The notes beneath the pieces are model-generated. The model saw only the letters and a list, made by a program, of their open reading frames with translations. It had not been told where the DNA came from and did not search any database. From a virus (taxonomy: Duplodnaviria; Caudoviricetes), in IMG/VR virus record IMGVR_UViG_3300006999_000001, positions 1 to 51,168 of that record: a stretch of 51,168 bases of DNA; one strand, given 5' to 3'. A program made the translations under genes and the position numbers. Below, one piece after another: positions 27,708 to 36,675 of the stretch. How positions within the stretch are numbered: the first letter of the stretch is position 1; every line of letters starts with the position of its first letter.

Positions 27708-28185
27708 CGTCACCCTCCTTCCCGAGCTCATCGCGAGCCATCCGGAGCTGCTCGGCGTTCCGGGCTGCGTGACTGTCCTCGTCAGGGGTCTCACCCTCAC
27801 GGAGCTCGGCGGGCTGCGGGTCCCACTCCTCGTCAGTTCCCTCACCCGTGTCGTTGTCTGCCTGACGAGACGCAGACTTTTTAGGTACGTCCGGCGAAGT
27901 ACGACTGCGGTCCGATGGTGGATATATTAACCTGTTACCTCCCATCGAGACCTTTTCCGAGGCCCCTTCGGGGGCCTCGAGGATGAGCCCGTGACCGTCA
28001 GGTCCGTCGCTCACCTCGTACCCGACCTTCCGGGCCCGAGCGATCAGGCCGGACTTCGCGGTCTCCGAGCTCACGCTCACGAGCATCGTTTTGTACACGT
28101 CGCGGGTGAAGTCGTCCAGCTTGAGGAACGGGTCGTCCCTGATGGACGCAGCGAGCTCCTCACGCTCGTCCGGGGTCGGGGTCAC
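27697..28185 (-). CDS. Hypothetical protein
   Basis: Acidic ORF coupled to its neighbours; contains an AT-rich internal patch. Confidence 0.55.
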   Translation of the reverse strand: MTPTPDEREELAASIRDDPFLKLDDFTRDVYKTMLVSVSSETAKSGLIARARKVGYEVSDGPDGHGLILEAPEGASEKVSMGGNRLIYPPSDRSRTSPDVPKKSASRQADNDTGEGTDEEWDPQPAELREGETPDEDSHAARNAEQLRMARDELGKEGDDEV

Positions 28186-28442
28186 GGCTGATCGACCTCC
28201 TCGGGCCGGGGCGGCTCCCGGCGGGCGAGCTCCTCGTCCGGGATCACGGTGGCCCGGGCCCGCTCAACTTCGCGGACCTCCTGCTTGAGCTGCTCGGCCC
28301 GCGCCTCACGGGCGGCCGCCTCACTTCGGCAGCCGGGTGAGCAGAAGTCGGCTCGCAGCGAGGCCGCGGGCCGCGGGCAGTTCTGACAGTACCCGTTCGG
28401 GTGACCGGCAGCTCGCCGGTCGGTCAGGTCGGAGGGGCTCAT
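28182..28442 (-). CDS. Small Zn-finger protein (FCS-type motif)
   Basis: CQNC...FCSPGC. Confidence 0.65.
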   Translation of the reverse strand: MSPSDLTDRRAAGHPNGYCQNCPRPAASLRADFCSPGCRSEAAAREARAEQLKQEVREVERARATVIPDEELARREPPRPEEVDQP

Positions 28443-28924
28443 AGCTCACCGTTGCGGTCCAGTCCCCAGTACTCCTGACGCCCGAGGCTCCGGACCTCGA
28501 GCAGCTTGTTCTCCTGGGACCCCCGGCGTTGGACGAGCCGGGTGATGTTGAGCTCCCCGGCCTCGGCGTCGTACGTCGGTCGCGGGATCACGACGCCGGA
28601 GGTGATCGTTGAGAGGTCGCCGGCGAGCCGGTACACCCGGGACGCCTCGGTCGGGTCCTGGTGGGCCGGGATAGCGAACACGTCACCGGGCTCCTCGTCC
28701 TCGGCGTACTCGGCCTGGATCACCAGGAGCTTCCCGGTGATCGTCTCGACGCCGTGACCGTCAGCGTACGCTTCGAACCAGACCTGCAGCTCCTCTCCTT
28801 CGATGGTGGGCTCGTTCTCCCCGTCCACGATGGTGTTCTCACCAGGGTACAGGGGCTCGCCCGGTCGGCCGTTCCCGTCAGCGACCTCGAGGCCGTCGGG
28901 CGTCGGGAAGTCGGACTCACTCAT
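28439..28924 (-). CDS. Hypothetical protein
   Basis: ATG at 28924 overlaps the upstream stop. Confidence 0.7.
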   Translation of the reverse strand: MSESDFPTPDGLEVADGNGRPGEPLYPGENTIVDGENEPTIEGEELQVWFEAYADGHGVETITGKLLVIQAEYAEDEEPGDVFAIPAHQDPTEASRVYRLAGDLSTITSGVVIPRPTYDAEAGELNITRLVQRRGSQENKLLEVRSLGRQEYWGLDRNGEL

Positions 28925-29351
28925 CGTCCTCACCTTCCCAGTCGCAGGGCTCCCCGTACTCCCACACGCCGGGCTCGGGAATCTCGAAGTCACCGTCCGG
29001 GTACGTCGACATAAACCGGATGGCCGTAGCGTACGCGACGTCCTTTGAGCCGAGCTCGGGTGAGAGGTCGCGCCGGCCCTTCCCGGTCAGGTCGGGCTGG
29101 ACCCGGGCGTTGAAACCCGTGTCGTCCTTCGAGGTCTCCGGGGTGTGCATCTGCGTCGGCCGTCGGTTCGAGTGGACGGTGACGACCTGGCCGGTCTCCT
29201 CGTGAACCCATCCGGCCCGGGCTCCGAAGGTGAGCTCATCGCGGTCGATCAGGTCCCAGGATTCGGGGACGTCAGGGAGTGGTTCGTGGAGCCGCTCGAG
29301 GCGGTCCGTCGGTGCATCTGTCGGCAGGTTAGTGTTGGCTTGCGTACTCAT
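28917..29351 (-). CDS. Hypothetical protein
   Basis: Starts at repeat leader P4. Confidence 0.8.
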   Translation of the reverse strand: MSTQANTNLPTDAPTDRLERLHEPLPDVPESWDLIDRDELTFGARAGWVHEETGQVVTVHSNRRPTQMHTPETSKDDTGFNARVQPDLTGKGRRDLSPELGSKDVAYATAIRFMSTYPDGDFEIPEPGVWEYGEPCDWEGEDDE

Positions 29352-29423
29352 AGCCTGTTACCTCGCGGTACAAGCCAACGTACAGCACGAGGGGTCTTAA
29401 CCGTTGTGTTTTGTGTACAACCG
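29349..29423 (-). promoter_or_regulatory. Repeat promoter/leader P4
   Basis: GGTTGTACACAAAACACAACGGTTAAG...GAGGTAACAGGCTATG. Confidence 0.8.
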
Positions 29424-29436
29424 CAAAAAGAGGGCG

Positions 29437-29538
29437 TTATCCGAGCAGGGCGAGGAACGGGGCGAGGGTCCCGGTGAGGATCACCGCGAGGGCGACCCAA
29501 AACCGAAGCTTCTCGTGAGCGGGCTGCGGGGTCAGCAT
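29437..29538 (-). CDS. 33-aa membrane peptide (not in ORF track)
   Basis: MLTPQPAHEKLRFWVALAVILTGTLAPFLALLG; coupled to the upstream stop and followed by a T-run. Confidence 0.6.
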   Translation of the reverse strand: MLTPQPAHEKLRFWVALAVILTGTLAPFLALLG

Positions 29539-29849
29539 CAGTTCTCACCTCCCAGGTCGCGGGTGACCTTCACGTTCACGCCGGGGTACAGGCCGAGGCC
29601 GCCGGCCTGCCATTCGATCACGGCGTCGACGCCGTACAGGTTGAGCGGTTCCTCGGTCCGGATGGGGGCTCCGTTGAGGGTGACCCCGCCGAGCTTGTAC
29701 GCGGTCTCCTCTCCGTCGGCGTCGATCACGGTCAGCCGGACGCGCTTCCCGTCGGGGCTGACGTTCACGGTCACGTCGACGTCGTTCATCTCGTGGGTCT
29801 CATCCTGGTCCAGATCGTCCGCGTTGAGCGGGTGGGTGTATCGGGTCAT
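29538..29849 (-). CDS. Hypothetical protein
   Basis: Starts at repeat leader P5. Confidence 0.8.
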   Translation of the reverse strand: MTRYTHPLNADDLDQDETHEMNDVDVTVNVSPDGKRVRLTVIDADGEETAYKLGGVTLNGAPIRTEEPLNLYGVDAVIEWQAGGLGLYPGVNVKVTRDLGGEN

Positions 29850-29918
29850 AGCCTGTTACCTCTTACAACTAAGTGTTGGACGGCCCCTAACATAAAGGTT
29901 GTCCTTCGTGTACAACCG
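29847..29918 (-). promoter_or_regulatory. Repeat promoter/leader P5
   Basis: GGTTGTACACGAAGGACAACCTTTATG...GTAAGAGGTAACAGGCTATG. Confidence 0.85.
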
Positions 29919-29972
29919 TCAGAAGTCCGGGTGAGGCCACAACAACAAACGACTGCGCACGCGATGGGGTGC

Positions 29973-30039
29973 GGTTAAACACGAAGGACAACGGTTAAGG
30001 GGTCGGCCGTATATGGTTGAAGTAGGTAACAGGCCTATG
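29973..30039 (+). promoter_or_regulatory. Repeat promoter/leader P6 (divergent from P5)
   Basis: GGTTAAACACGAAGGACAACGGTTAAG...AGGTAACAGGCCTATG. Confidence 0.85.
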
Positions 30040-30369
30040 AAAGCACAAGTGTACTACCTGACCTGGGACGAGGACCGCGAAGAGCGCAACTGGACGAAGC
30101 AGGACATTAAGGACGGCGAGGAGGACCCGGCCGACCTCGAGCACTACCGCCCGGTGCTGACCCTCGAGGACGTTGAGAGTCTCGGCGAGGTGTGGGACCG
30201 CCTCAACCGTGACCCGACCGGGTACGACGAGCAGCTCGATGAGCTCGAGGAGCGCTCGATGTGTAAGGGCGACCTCATCGTGATCGGCGACCAGGCTCAC
30301 ATCGTCAGGGGCATCGGCTTCGAGGAAGTGGCCACCGCCGTCGGCGGGCGGCTCGAACCGGAGGCCTAA
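30037..30369 (+). CDS. YodL-like domain protein
   Basis: RSMCKGDLIVIG..AHIVRGIGFEEV resembles the YodL SxSxSDxV...V..xGF pattern. Confidence 0.65.
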   Translation: MKAQVYYLTWDEDREERNWTKQDIKDGEEDPADLEHYRPVLTLEDVESLGEVWDRLNRDPTGYDEQLDELEERSMCKGDLIVIGDQAHIVRGIGFEEVATAVGGRLEPEA

Positions 30370-30370
30370 G

Positions 30371-30601
30371 ATGAGCCTGGACGACGCCCTGGTGTTCATC
30401 GAGGCGGCCGGCGTGGTGAGGGTCAGCGGAGAGGACCGCCGGCTCGAGTACTTCGGGACCGTCGACGGTGAGCTCCACCGGATGAGGTACGAGGGTGAGC
30501 CCGAGCCCGCGAGTGAGGATGAGCTCGGTCAGGCCGTGACCGAGGCCGACTGGAGTATGATAGTCAGAAGCCGGACGCCGATGCACGACCTGGAAGCCTG
30601 A
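30371..30601 (+). CDS. Hypothetical protein
   Basis: Coupled ORF followed by a terminator. Confidence 0.65.
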   Translation: MSLDDALVFIEAAGVVRVSGEDRRLEYFGTVDGELHRMRYEGEPEPASEDELGQAVTEADWSMIVRSRTPMHDLEA

Positions 30602-30603
30602 CG

Positions 30604-30629
30604 CCGGCCGGCTCTTTTTCTCGTTCGGG
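30604..30629 (+). terminator. Repeated T-run terminator CGGCCGGCTCTTTTTCTCGTTCGGG
   Basis: Near-identical copies at 35296, 42508 and 32140, each after a stop codon. Confidence 0.7.
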
Positions 30630-30635
30630 ACTGAC

Positions 30636-30702
30636 GGTTAAACACGAAGGCCAGCCTTTATAGGGTTGTACACGTAACACAACGGACGAGGTAACAGCTA
30701 TG
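30636..30702 (+). promoter_or_regulatory. Repeat promoter/leader P7 with an extra downstream operator copy
   Basis: GGTTAAACACGAAGG..TTTATA followed by GTTGTACACGTAACACAAC (30665-30683). Confidence 0.8.
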
Positions 30703-31170
30703 ACAGAAGGAGAAGTACGAGGCGGAGTACAGCACGGGAAGGGCGGCAAGTTCGAGGACAAGTACGAGGACGACGACGTCGTCCGGGCCCTCGCCGACGC
30801 CTACCCGGAACCTCTCACCAATCAGGAGGTCGCCGACCGGGTCGGCTGCGCGAAGGCCACGGCTCACAACCGCCTCCACGAGCTCGAAGAGGACGGCATC
30901 GTGTACACCAAGCAGCCCGGGGCCCGCTCCCGGGTCTGGTGGGTCGATATGACCGAGCCGGCTCCCAAGGAGAACGGCTCAACGATCAGGGAGCACCTCG
31001 AGGGCGAGCGTCAGCTGACCATCGCGGTCGCCTCCTCGTTCCAGCCCGACTTCAACCCGACCCGGACCGGGACTGACGATATGATCGACTTCATCCTGGA
31101 GCAGCCGTGGGGTGAGGTGAACCGGGCCCTCGAGGACGCGCTGCGGGGTGAGGCCGATGCCGGGGACTGA
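30700..31170 (+). CDS. Winged helix-turn-helix DNA-binding protein
   Basis: PLTNQEVADRVGCAKATAHNRLHELEEDGIV...RVWW. Confidence 0.85.
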   Translation: MTEGEVRGGVQHGKGGKFEDKYEDDDVVRALADAYPEPLTNQEVADRVGCAKATAHNRLHELEEDGIVYTKQPGARSRVWWVDMTEPAPKENGSTIREHLEGERQLTIAVASSFQPDFNPTRTGTDDMIDFILEQPWGEVNRALEDALRGEADAGD

Positions 31171-31474
31171 CCGCGACGGCGAGTACGTCGAGACCGAGAT
31201 GGATGAGGCCCGCTGCCCCGAGTGCGGGAACGAGGAGGGGAACACCCGGACCCAGGCCGAAGGGAACGTACAGCCGGTCCCGCCATCCCACCAGGCGAGC
31301 TGCGGGGAGTGCGGTCACTCCGGCGACCCGCTCGCGTTCCACCACGAGTACACCTGGGAACGGATGAGCGAGGAGGAGCGCCGGGAGGCCGAGGAGGCCC
31401 AGGCCCGGATGGAGGACCAGATGGCCGACTATCAGTACTCGGCTCACGGTATCTCGATGAGGAGGGAGCCATGA
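31157..31474 (+). CDS. CPxCG zinc-finger protein
   Basis: CPECG and CGECG. Confidence 0.7.
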   Translation: MPGTDRDGEYVETEMDEARCPECGNEEGNTRTQAEGNVQPVPPSHQASCGECGHSGDPLAFHHEYTWERMSEEERREAEEAQARMEDQMADYQYSAHGISMRREP

Positions 31475-32004
31475 GCGCCGAAGTGCAGCTCGGGGACCTG
31501 ACCTTCGACCCGACGGCGGGGACGGACTTCCGCCTCTCCGTTGAGGGGACCTCCGGGGTCGGGAAGAGTAACACCCTCCGGGTGATCCTCGAGGACCTGG
31601 CTGACGTGAACATCCCGACGCTCGTTGTTGAGCGCCTCGGGGCGATCACGCCGGTCCGGACCGAGGATGAGAACATCGTGGTGGTCGGCGGGCGGGATGA
31701 GGAGGGCATCGACCTGACCGTCCCGCTCGAGAGTCTCGACCTCATCGGTGAGCTCGTCCTCGACCGCGGGATGAAGGTCCTCCTCGACGTCAGTACGTAC
31801 GCCGATTATGAGGAGGAAAAGAGCCGGGTCCACCTGGCGACCGCGAAGGCCGTCCGGGCCCTCAACGACCGGGCCCACGAGAAGTACCGCTCCGGTGACC
31901 GGACACCCGCGCTCCTCCTGATCGATGAGGCCCACTGGCTGGCCCCGAAAAACTCGGCCCCGAACCCCGACATCGATGAGTGGGTGAAGCGGGCCCGCGG
32001 GTGA
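31471..32004 (+). pseudogene. HerA/FtsK-like P-loop ATPase, apparently truncated after Walker B
   Basis: GTSGVGKS and LLLIDEAH; the ORF stops about 20 aa later, lacking the usual downstream motifs. Confidence 0.6.
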
Positions 32005-32115
32005 GGTCCCGCGGTACTGCCCGGGCTGCGGTGAGGACCACGTCCGGGTGACGATCACGTACCGAGAAGGAGAGGCGGTGGAGACGCAGCTGCAGTGTTC
32101 GAGTTGTGAGCTCGG

Positions 32116-32577
32116 TCAGCAGTAATCGGTGATCCCGACCGGCCGGCTCTTTTCTTCGGGCTCGGGGTCAGCGGGCTCCGCCCGGCCGCTCACCAAGTCA
32201 CCCAGGAGGACGCCCTTCTCGAGGGGCAGCTGATACCACTCGGTTTTGACGTCCTTCTTCGAGTTCCCGACGCTCACCTCACCGTCCTCGATCACGGTGG
32301 CCGGCTGGAACACGTACGAGTTCCCGAGGGTGGGGTTGTCTCCGAAAAACTCCACGAGGAGGACGCCCTGGTGATCGGCCCGGCGGGCGATGCCCTGCTC
32401 GAACGAGGCCAGCCCGTTGTGAGCCGACTTTTTCGAGACCGCGATGAAGGTCTCCCCGCGGAAGGTGAACCGGAACGCGAAGCTCCCGTGGTCGTCACCG
32501 TAGGACCGCCGAACCGTTCCTCCCCAGGTGGTCACCGCCTTCTTCGCTTCCGTGAGGAGACTATCCTGCTCACTCAT
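32116..32577 (-). CDS. Hypothetical protein
   Basis: 153-aa ORF with its own AT-rich upstream region. Confidence 0.7.
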   Translation of the reverse strand: MSEQDSLLTEAKKAVTTWGGTVRRSYGDDHGSFAFRFTFRGETFIAVSKKSAHNGLASFEQGIARRADHQGVLLVEFFGDNPTLGNSYVFQPATVIEDGEVSVGNSKKDVKTEWYQLPLEKGVLLGDLVSGRAEPADPEPEEKSRPVGITDYC

Positions 32578-32778
32578 CGATTAGCAGTTGTGAACGGGAT
32601 GTTAAATCATTTGTCCCACACATCCCTGACGAGTAACCACACCATACTGACCGTTCCGACAGTTGCGAAAACTTGTGAAGGATTAGTGGACCGCTAAACG
32701 AATGCGTACCGGACATTACGGAGCTTATAACTAAGCTGGTCACGTACTGACATACTGTGCAGGAAGGTGTACCCGGAG

Positions 32779-33186
32779 ATGAGCACAACCACCCAACACG
32801 TCAGGGACGAGTCGATGAGTCGTGTACTACTTGCTAAGAAGGAGCTGTACCAGTCCGGGAATTCTCTCTCGGTGAGCATCCCCCCGGACACCCTGGAGAA
32901 CACTCCGTTCGACGTCGGTGATCCGGCGAACATCTTTAGCGTGATCGAGGACCGCGAGCTCACGATCACCGCGGACACCCGCCGGTGGATGGACCGCGGA
33001 GCCCGGGCCCGCGGCTCGAGGAAGATTCGGGAGAGTTCTCACGGGACGGTGCTCATCACCATCCCGCCCGAGGCGCTCGAGCACGACCTCGGGTACGAGT
33101 CGGTGGAGGCCGCGAAGGGCGTAACCGTCCGGCTGACCATCGACCCGGCGACCGCAGACCTATTCCTCGAGTTCCCTGACGAGTAG
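32779..33186 (+). CDS. Duplicated AbrB/SpoVT-like DNA-binding protein
   Basis: LYQSGNSLSVSIPP and KIRESSHGTVLITIPP. Confidence 0.75.
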   Translation: MSTTTQHVRDESMSRVLLAKKELYQSGNSLSVSIPPDTLENTPFDVGDPANIFSVIEDRELTITADTRRWMDRGARARGSRKIRESSHGTVLITIPPEALEHDLGYESVEAAKGVTVRLTIDPATADLFLEFPDE

Positions 33187-33347
33187 CGCAGCCCTCCTCA
33201 ACGGTCAGGTGAAACAAGTCAGCCTCCTAACAGCCGTAGGTCCGTCACGGTCAGGCATTCGTTTGACGTGTTAGTTAGCTATTTATACCGGCCCGTCCAA
33301 GTTGGTGGACGACCCGTCGCTCGGCGGGTTAGTGAGGTAACAGGCAT

Positions 33348-34055
33348 ATGAGCCAATCCGGTAAAGCCGACGGACTGACGGATAGAGACCGGGACGTACT
33401 CGATCAGCTGGACACCGAAGGGGGGACGGCCCCCTCCGCGCAAGAGCAGATCGAGGCGCTCCGGAAAGAGAACCAAGCGCTCGAGGCCGAGGTACAGGAC
33501 CTCCGGGATGAGCTCACCGCGACGAAGAAAACAGTCTTCTCGAAGCTCAACGAGCTCCAGGACAAGGTCGACGGGCAGGACCCGACTGACCCGCGCTCGA
33601 ACAACTACTACGAGAACCTGACCATCCTCGAGAAGTACAGCCGGATGAGTGAGGGCGAACGGCAGGACCTCCTCTCCGGGTCACCGTCCAAGCGCCGGGC
33701 GGTGCTCATCTTTCAGAACTGGGCCGACTGGTCACGGACCGTCGAAGCCGGCGAGATTATCTCAACGAATCACACCCGCGGGAAGTACGGAAAGACTGCG
33801 ATCAGCGTGGACCTGCAGACCGCGACCGATGAGGACCTGCAGGCCAACGAGGTGTACCGGGCGATGAAGGCCGTCGCCAAGTTGAGCGTCCAGGAGAAGG
33901 ATGAGGTCGAAGCGGTCACGGATCAGTACGGCCGTGAGCACATCTCCGGCGGAGCGTTCGAGTACCACGAGATGGTGAACCCGGACGCGAACGGTCAGAA
34001 GCGGAAGTTCAAGGTACTGAAGCTGGTCGACCCCGACGCGATCACCCTGCCGTAG
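33348..34055 (+). CDS. Coiled-coil protein, candidate replication/origin-binding factor
   Basis: N-terminal coiled coil; GAGGTAACAGG leader; lies directly before the inverted-repeat region; function is inferred only. Confidence 0.65.
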   Translation: MSQSGKADGLTDRDRDVLDQLDTEGGTAPSAQEQIEALRKENQALEAEVQDLRDELTATKKTVFSKLNELQDKVDGQDPTDPRSNNYYENLTILEKYSRMSEGERQDLLSGSPSKRRAVLIFQNWADWSRTVEAGEIISTNHTRGKYGKTAISVDLQTATDEDLQANEVYRAMKAVAKLSVQEKDEVEAVTDQYGREHISGGAFEYHEMVNPDANGQKRKFKVLKLVDPDAITLP

Positions 34056-34064
34056 GGAGGGCAG

Positions 34065-34320
34065 CAACTCTTACACCGTCGTAAGAGCTCCCCCCGCCCG
34101 GCCCGTAAGAGAACACGACGAAACCCCACGAAACCCCACAACACGCAAGAATAAGCCAAGCCGACCATATCACGCCCGGTAATGAGGTCCCGGTTGCATA
34201 TAACCGCGACTGATACTAACTCTTACAGTTAGTGACGGGCCCGGCCCGGCCTTTTGGCCATAAGTGCCGTACGTAAGTACGGTACGGGCCCGTCACCCTC
34301 TTACGACGGTGTAAGAGTTG
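34065..34320. repeat. Non-coding region bounded by perfect 23-bp inverted repeats (candidate origin)
   Basis: CAACTCTTACACCGTCGTAAGAG (34065-34087) and its reverse complement (34298-34320); inner 12-bp inverted repeat at 34232-34243 and 34285-34296. Confidence 0.8.
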
Positions 34321-34533
34321 GTGGGGGTCTGACGCTCGTGTAAGACCCCACGGCTCGTGAGGTGGTCTGGTCTCTCGTGATCGTGGTAGCGTCTCCCGGT
34401 CAGGGTGAAGTTCATATGAGCCCGGTCCCTCGGTTGAGTCGCCGGAGCACCCTTCGGCGTCCCGCCGAGCATCTCCGGGATCAGGTGACCGCTCACCGCG
34501 GCCCACCACCCACCTTTCACACCTTCCTGCCCC

Positions 34534-34604
34534 GGTTAAACACGAAGGACAACCCTTATACTGTCGGCTGTCCATCGATTAGTTGCACGAGGTAACAGGC
34601 TATG
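34534..34604 (+). promoter_or_regulatory. Repeat promoter/leader P8
   Basis: GGTTAAACACGAAGGACAACCCTTATA...GAGGTAACAGGCTATG. Confidence 0.85.
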
Positions 34605-34988
34605 AGCGAAGCAGAACACAACACCGACGAACCTGACGACCAGATCGACGCGCACTTCCCGACCCCCGAGGGGGCGGTGATCCGCCTCCGCGGTGAGGAG
34701 ACCGAGGCCGGCTGGACCGAGAAGGTGGAGATCGTCAAGGCGACGATTATGACCAGCAACGGCCGGGCGAAGAGCGACGACGCGACGGTCACGGTCCTGT
34801 ACGAGGGTCAGGGGCTCCGCCCGACCCAGGTGTACAACCGCACCATCGAACCGTACATCGAGCTGGAGCTCGAGGCCGCGAAGGAGCGGATGGAAGAGGC
34901 CGAGGCCCAGGGCGATACCATCAACTACGTGAGCGCCAAGAAGTACGTCAGCGAGCTCGAAGAGCAGCTGCCGAACGGGGAGGCCTAA
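34602..34988 (+). CDS. Hypothetical protein
   Basis: Starts at P8. Confidence 0.8.
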   Translation: MSEAEHNTDEPDDQIDAHFPTPEGAVIRLRGEETEAGWTEKVEIVKATIMTSNGRAKSDDATVTVLYEGQGLRPTQVYNRTIEPYIELELEAAKERMEEAEAQGDTINYVSAKKYVSELEEQLPNGEA

Positions 34989-34989
34989 G

Positions 34990-35289
34990 ATGAAGGGCCG
35001 ACGCTTCCTCACCCACACCGACGGCCTGCTCGCCGACCGGCGGGAGCAGGACGACCAGGACCTCGTCAGGATGCTCATCCGGGCGACCGAAGAGAACTTC
35101 ACGAGCTGGACGGTCAGCTACCACCTCGAGGAGAACGGGCCCGGGGAGATGCTCGTACACGTACGCGACCCGGAGCACCCGAACCTCACCCGGCTGCTCG
35201 CCGAGGTGTTCGAGGCCCGCTTCGGCGTCGACGCCGAGTACACCGACGACCGGGTCACCGTGAACCGACACGACCTGACCGGCTTCTGA
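34990..35289 (+). CDS. Hypothetical protein
   Basis: Coupled ORF followed by a terminator. Confidence 0.7.
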   Translation: MKGRRFLTHTDGLLADRREQDDQDLVRMLIRATEENFTSWTVSYHLEENGPGEMLVHVRDPEHPNLTRLLAEVFEARFGVDAEYTDDRVTVNRHDLTGF

Positions 35290-35295
35290 CCACCC

Positions 35296-35320
35296 CGGCC
35301 GGCTCTTTTTCTCGTTCGGG
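35296..35320 (+). terminator. Repeated T-run terminator
   Basis: CGGCCGGCTCTTTTTCTCGTTCGGG. Confidence 0.7.
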
Positions 35321-35326
35321 AGTGAG

Positions 35327-35400
35327 GGTTAAACACGAAGGACAACGGTTAAGGTAGGGGCCGTCCAAGTGGTAGTTGTAAGAGGTAGCAGGCTACTATG
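35327..35400 (+). promoter_or_regulatory. Repeat promoter/leader P9
   Basis: GGTTAAACACGAAGGACAACGGTTAAG...GTAAGAGGTAGCAGGCTACTATG. Confidence 0.85.
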
Positions 35401-35688
35401 AACGCAACCAACTACGACGCCATCGAAGAAGAAGAGCTCCTGACCGAAATCGAGAACCTCGCCGGCCCGCGCTTCCGCCGGCTCGAGGAGCGGGCTGACG
35501 GACGCGACCTGATGGACTGGAAGGGCGTCCTGGCCCACGCCGACGAGGACCTGACCGCAGACAACCTCACCGCGGTCGCGGCCTACCTGGTCAGCGAACG
35601 CGCCAGCTGGATCAGCTTCATCGCCCGCGAGGACGGCGAAGAGGACGCCCGGGACTTCGCGGAGTACTACCTGGACGAGGGTCAGTAA
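35398..35688 (+). CDS. Hypothetical protein
   Basis: Starts at P9. Confidence 0.8.
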   Translation: MNATNYDAIEEEELLTEIENLAGPRFRRLEERADGRDLMDWKGVLAHADEDLTADNLTAVAAYLVSERASWISFIAREDGEEDARDFAEYYLDEGQ

Positions 35689-35689
35689 G

Positions 35690-35866
35690 ATGAGCGGGGC
35701 CACCGACGGTGAGACCCTGGACGAGCACTATCAGGACAGCTGGAACGAACACGCCGAGGACCTGACCCGGCTCAAATGGAACCTCCCGCCGGAGCGTCAC
35801 GACGAGGTCGATGAGCTCATCGAAGAGGCCAAGGACCTGATCGCCGACGCGACCGAGAACCGATAA
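35690..35866 (+). CDS. 58-aa acidic protein (not in ORF track)
   Basis: MSGATDGETLDEHY...ATENR; coupled to the upstream stop. Confidence 0.65.
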   Translation: MSGATDGETLDEHYQDSWNEHAEDLTRLKWNLPPERHDEVDELIEEAKDLIADATENR

Positions 35867-35974
35867 CGCCGCGGCCCGTTTTTAGTGAGGACAACGCCGG
35901 ATAGCTGCGCTACTCCCGTCAGGAAACTTTTTAGGGCTGTAAGTCGCTCGTTTGACGTGTATGGAGGACAGGCT

Positions 35975-36673
35975 ATGAAATCCATCAAGCGAGGACAGAT
36001 TTGGGGAATAAACGAGACGTTCGGGGTCGGTGACCTGGACGACATCGCCGGGCAGAATTCGCTCAACGGTGAGCCGAGCCGGGCCCTCAACGTGAGGGAC
36101 CGCGAAACGCTCCGGTCCGGTGAGCGGTGGGCCGCCGGCGAGCTCGCCAAGCGAGAGGAGGACCGGGTACAGGTCCCGACCATCTCTCCTGACGGGGAGA
36201 TCGACCTCACCCACGAGGACCGGGTCGTTGAGTCATACTCGGCCTGGGCCGTGGTCCCGGGCGAATTCGTGATCGTCTGGGAAGAGTGGGCCGGCCGCCA
36301 CCTGTACTTCAACTTCCCGATGGACGAACCGACCGACCAGAACATCTGGTTGAACGGGCTGTACGAGGCGACCTCTTTTCAGAACGTGAGCTCCGTCGGC
36401 TTCAAACACCGCCAGGACTCCGCGGAGAAGGGGACGGTTCACGGCAGCAACGTGACCAGCGACGAGGCGCTCGGGGGTGACCTGGACGGCGACTCCTACC
36501 TCAACGAGCTCCGGTACGAGCACTCCTGGGAAGGCCACATCGTGAAGGCCTACCTGGCCGCCTCGGGGTACGCCGAAGTGTACAACCCGAGCGACTTCAC
36601 GACCGAGCAGTTCCTCGAGTACGTACGCGACGTCGTGTACCCGCACACCGAATCAGCCGACGACGACCTGTAA
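35975..36673 (+). CDS. Hypothetical protein
   Basis: GGAGGACAGGCTATG leader; 232 aa. Confidence 0.75.
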   Translation: MKSIKRGQIWGINETFGVGDLDDIAGQNSLNGEPSRALNVRDRETLRSGERWAAGELAKREEDRVQVPTISPDGEIDLTHEDRVVESYSAWAVVPGEFVIVWEEWAGRHLYFNFPMDEPTDQNIWLNGLYEATSFQNVSSVGFKHRQDSAEKGTVHGSNVTSDEALGGDLDGDSYLNELRYEHSWEGHIVKAYLAASGYAEVYNPSDFTTEQFLEYVRDVVYPHTESADDDL

Positions 36674-36675
36674 AA

